Part shown: in pieces, positions 62,285 to 64,000 of the stretch
How positions within the stretch are numbered: position 1 is the stretch's first letter
Layout: the number at the start of each line of letters is the position of its first letter
DNA from: Sarea resinae
Lineage: Eukaryota
NCBI GenBank assembly: GCA_026026165.1
Contig: JAPEUD010000004.1
Coordinates: forward strand, 124,001-188,000
Length of the DNA stretch: 64,000 nt
Direction of reading: 5' to 3'
The notes under the pieces: generated by a model
Database searches by the model: none
What the model was told of the DNA's origin: nothing
Seen by the model: only the letters and a program-made list of their open reading frames with translations
Position numbers and translations under genes: made by a program

Positions 62285-63566
62285 TCATACGTCCGGCACG
62301 GAAAAGTGGTCAGGGGAATCATGGTAAGATTCTTGACGGTCTTTAGTCGAGGTAGATGTTTCGGACTTCGCATCGTCTGGCACACCGTGTAGTTCTTCCC
62401 ATTTCCGGGCGCAGTACTTGGCGGGCCATTTCTCCACCGCACCAAAGTCGAGCATCTGTTGTTATCAGCTTTGGATCTCGTAGGGGTTGCGGCTCAGATT
62501 TACCTTCGCGCCGATTATGTCGAATTTGAATTTTTCCCAATACTCATGAGCTTGTTGGAGAGCTCGTATCTGTGTCCTTGATATCAGTATCGTGATCCAA
62601 GGATAAGCCAAGTATTGAGTCTCACATCAATTTCGGTCCATGTCCGCAATCTCTCGCGCAACCTCTTGTAGCGCATCTGCAGAGCAGGTACCTGAAATAC
62701 CTTTCCCAGCTCGACTTGAAACCTCAAAGCGATATCTTTCCAAGGCAGAAACTCTTCGTCTTTGAGCTTTAACAGCAACTTCTCTTCCTCGCTAAGCTCT
62801 ACCGAACTGGGATTCGACTCGGCTCGTTTTCTTCGTTTCGGCGGGCTGCTTGCGGATTCTTCATCATCGCGGTATCGTTTGAGATTGTTTATCTGTTCCA
62901 ACCCCGCTGGATGTGGTGCGATAGGCACAGGGACCCATTTCTTCGGGGCCGCGTGAGGATCAAGCTTGGAGACGCCAAATGTCCCATACATCTGTGGGGA
63001 CTCATGCCTTGCCGAAAGGTTTGGTGAGTTCTCGTAGGATGCTTCTTCGACAGCTTCATGCTGAATGCGTAGCGGATTCCCCGTATAGATGAGATCTTCG
63101 ACATTTCTGCTAAAGCTCTGGGGGCTGCTCCTGGGCTGCAGGTTTGGTGTGAATGACTGGTATGGAGATGATCCCGCAGTTGGACCTTGTGGGGTATTAT
63201 AGGCAGTAGAGGCCTGCGAAAGGGCAGGAGTCGGGTAAGTATAATTGTAGAGATGGTCGTAGGAGAGCTGAAGGGCACAATAATGTAAGTTTGACGTTCA
63301 CGGAGCGAGCGAGCGATGAGGAAAGAGCTGGTACGTCGAATCGTGAAGTGTCAAAGTCAAAAGTAGCAAGAATATTGGAGGGGTTGCCCTTCGGTCGGGT
63401 CCAGAGATGCGCGATTCGCGACAGGGCAAGCAAGACTTAGGCGACTCAGACTTAAACTTACCGGCGGTGAGCCCCAACCATCTCGCGAACACGCCGGCAT
63501 CCCCGCCATCTGATTCGGGTACAGTAGATCGGGCATTGGACCGAATACAGACTCGGTGGATGCCAT
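62285..63566 (-). CDS. Hypothetical nuclear protein with Myb/SANT-like helical domain, multi-exon
   Basis: PPKRRKR; EEEKLLLKLKDEEFLPWKDIALRFQ..VPALQMRYKRLRERLRTWTEID, spliced to IRALQQAHEYWEKFKFDIIGAK and MLDFGAVEKWPAKYCARKWEEL; first exon less certain. Confidence 0.75.
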
Positions 63567-64000
63567 ATTCCTCCTCCTGCTCCTATCCCGCAGAGTACCC
63601 GCCCCCGCCGATGATGTGGGAGCTGAAGGCGTAATGTTGCTCGTCGAACTGGTAAGACGGTGAGGAAAAATGGTGATGGTATTTTAACGATAGTGGCAGT
63701 GTTGATTGAACCGGACCGCGCGTGAAGATTGGACGATTTGGATCGTCGAGTCACAAGACGGGAGAAATGGTGAAGACGGTGGAGCACTTGTTCTATAATC
63801 CCTCGCAGCTCAGATGAAATGGAATGGGCTCCGTGAAAAGAAAAGCCAAAATACTGGATGGTAATTGCTGCACACTGTCTCGCTCTCTCTGGCCAACAAC
63901 CGTCGTGCAGAATGGGAGGGGGAGGGGCTGCTAAATAGCAGAGCAACCGATCGGTCGGGCTACCTTGGGCAAGATGATGGCTTGCAGGCCCTGAGCAGCA

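Overview
Gene-dense, intron-containing DNA from a filamentous ascomycete (Pezizomycotina-type GT..CTRAC..YAG introns). About 24 protein genes can be reconstructed by hand-splicing: Mpv17/PMP22, a hypothetical, Rds1-like ferritin fold, FATP/Fat1-like acyl-CoA ligase, YIF1, SRP101, ATP7, Msc7-like ALDH, EGD2, RPL14, F-box-like protein, a 70-aa membrane microprotein, HhH-GPD glycosylase, dihydroorotase, MCT-type MFS, a three-repeat Myb factor, aldo-keto reductase, APT1, FRS2, 2-hydroxyacid dehydrogenase, GH47 EDEM/Mnl1, GH76, RidA/Mmf1 and a Myb-like hypothetical. The best signals outside the ORF track are: (1) an apparently non-coding spliced host transcript, divergent from RPL14, carrying two intronic box C/D snoRNAs (snR87/U16-like and a U24-like Cm1437 guide with an extra rRNA-pairing element); (2) a tRNA-Leu(CAG) with C instead of the near-invariant U33; (3) 7-, 11- and 12-nt micro-exons; (4) three genes with two in-frame starts suggesting mitochondrial/cytosolic isoforms; (5) a possible dihydroorotase-MFS-Myb module. 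I found no intact mobile element, CRISPR array or rRNA, and I cannot claim a wholly new system with confidence. Exon boundaries were read by eye, and family and rRNA-target assignments rest on remembered motifs, not searches.
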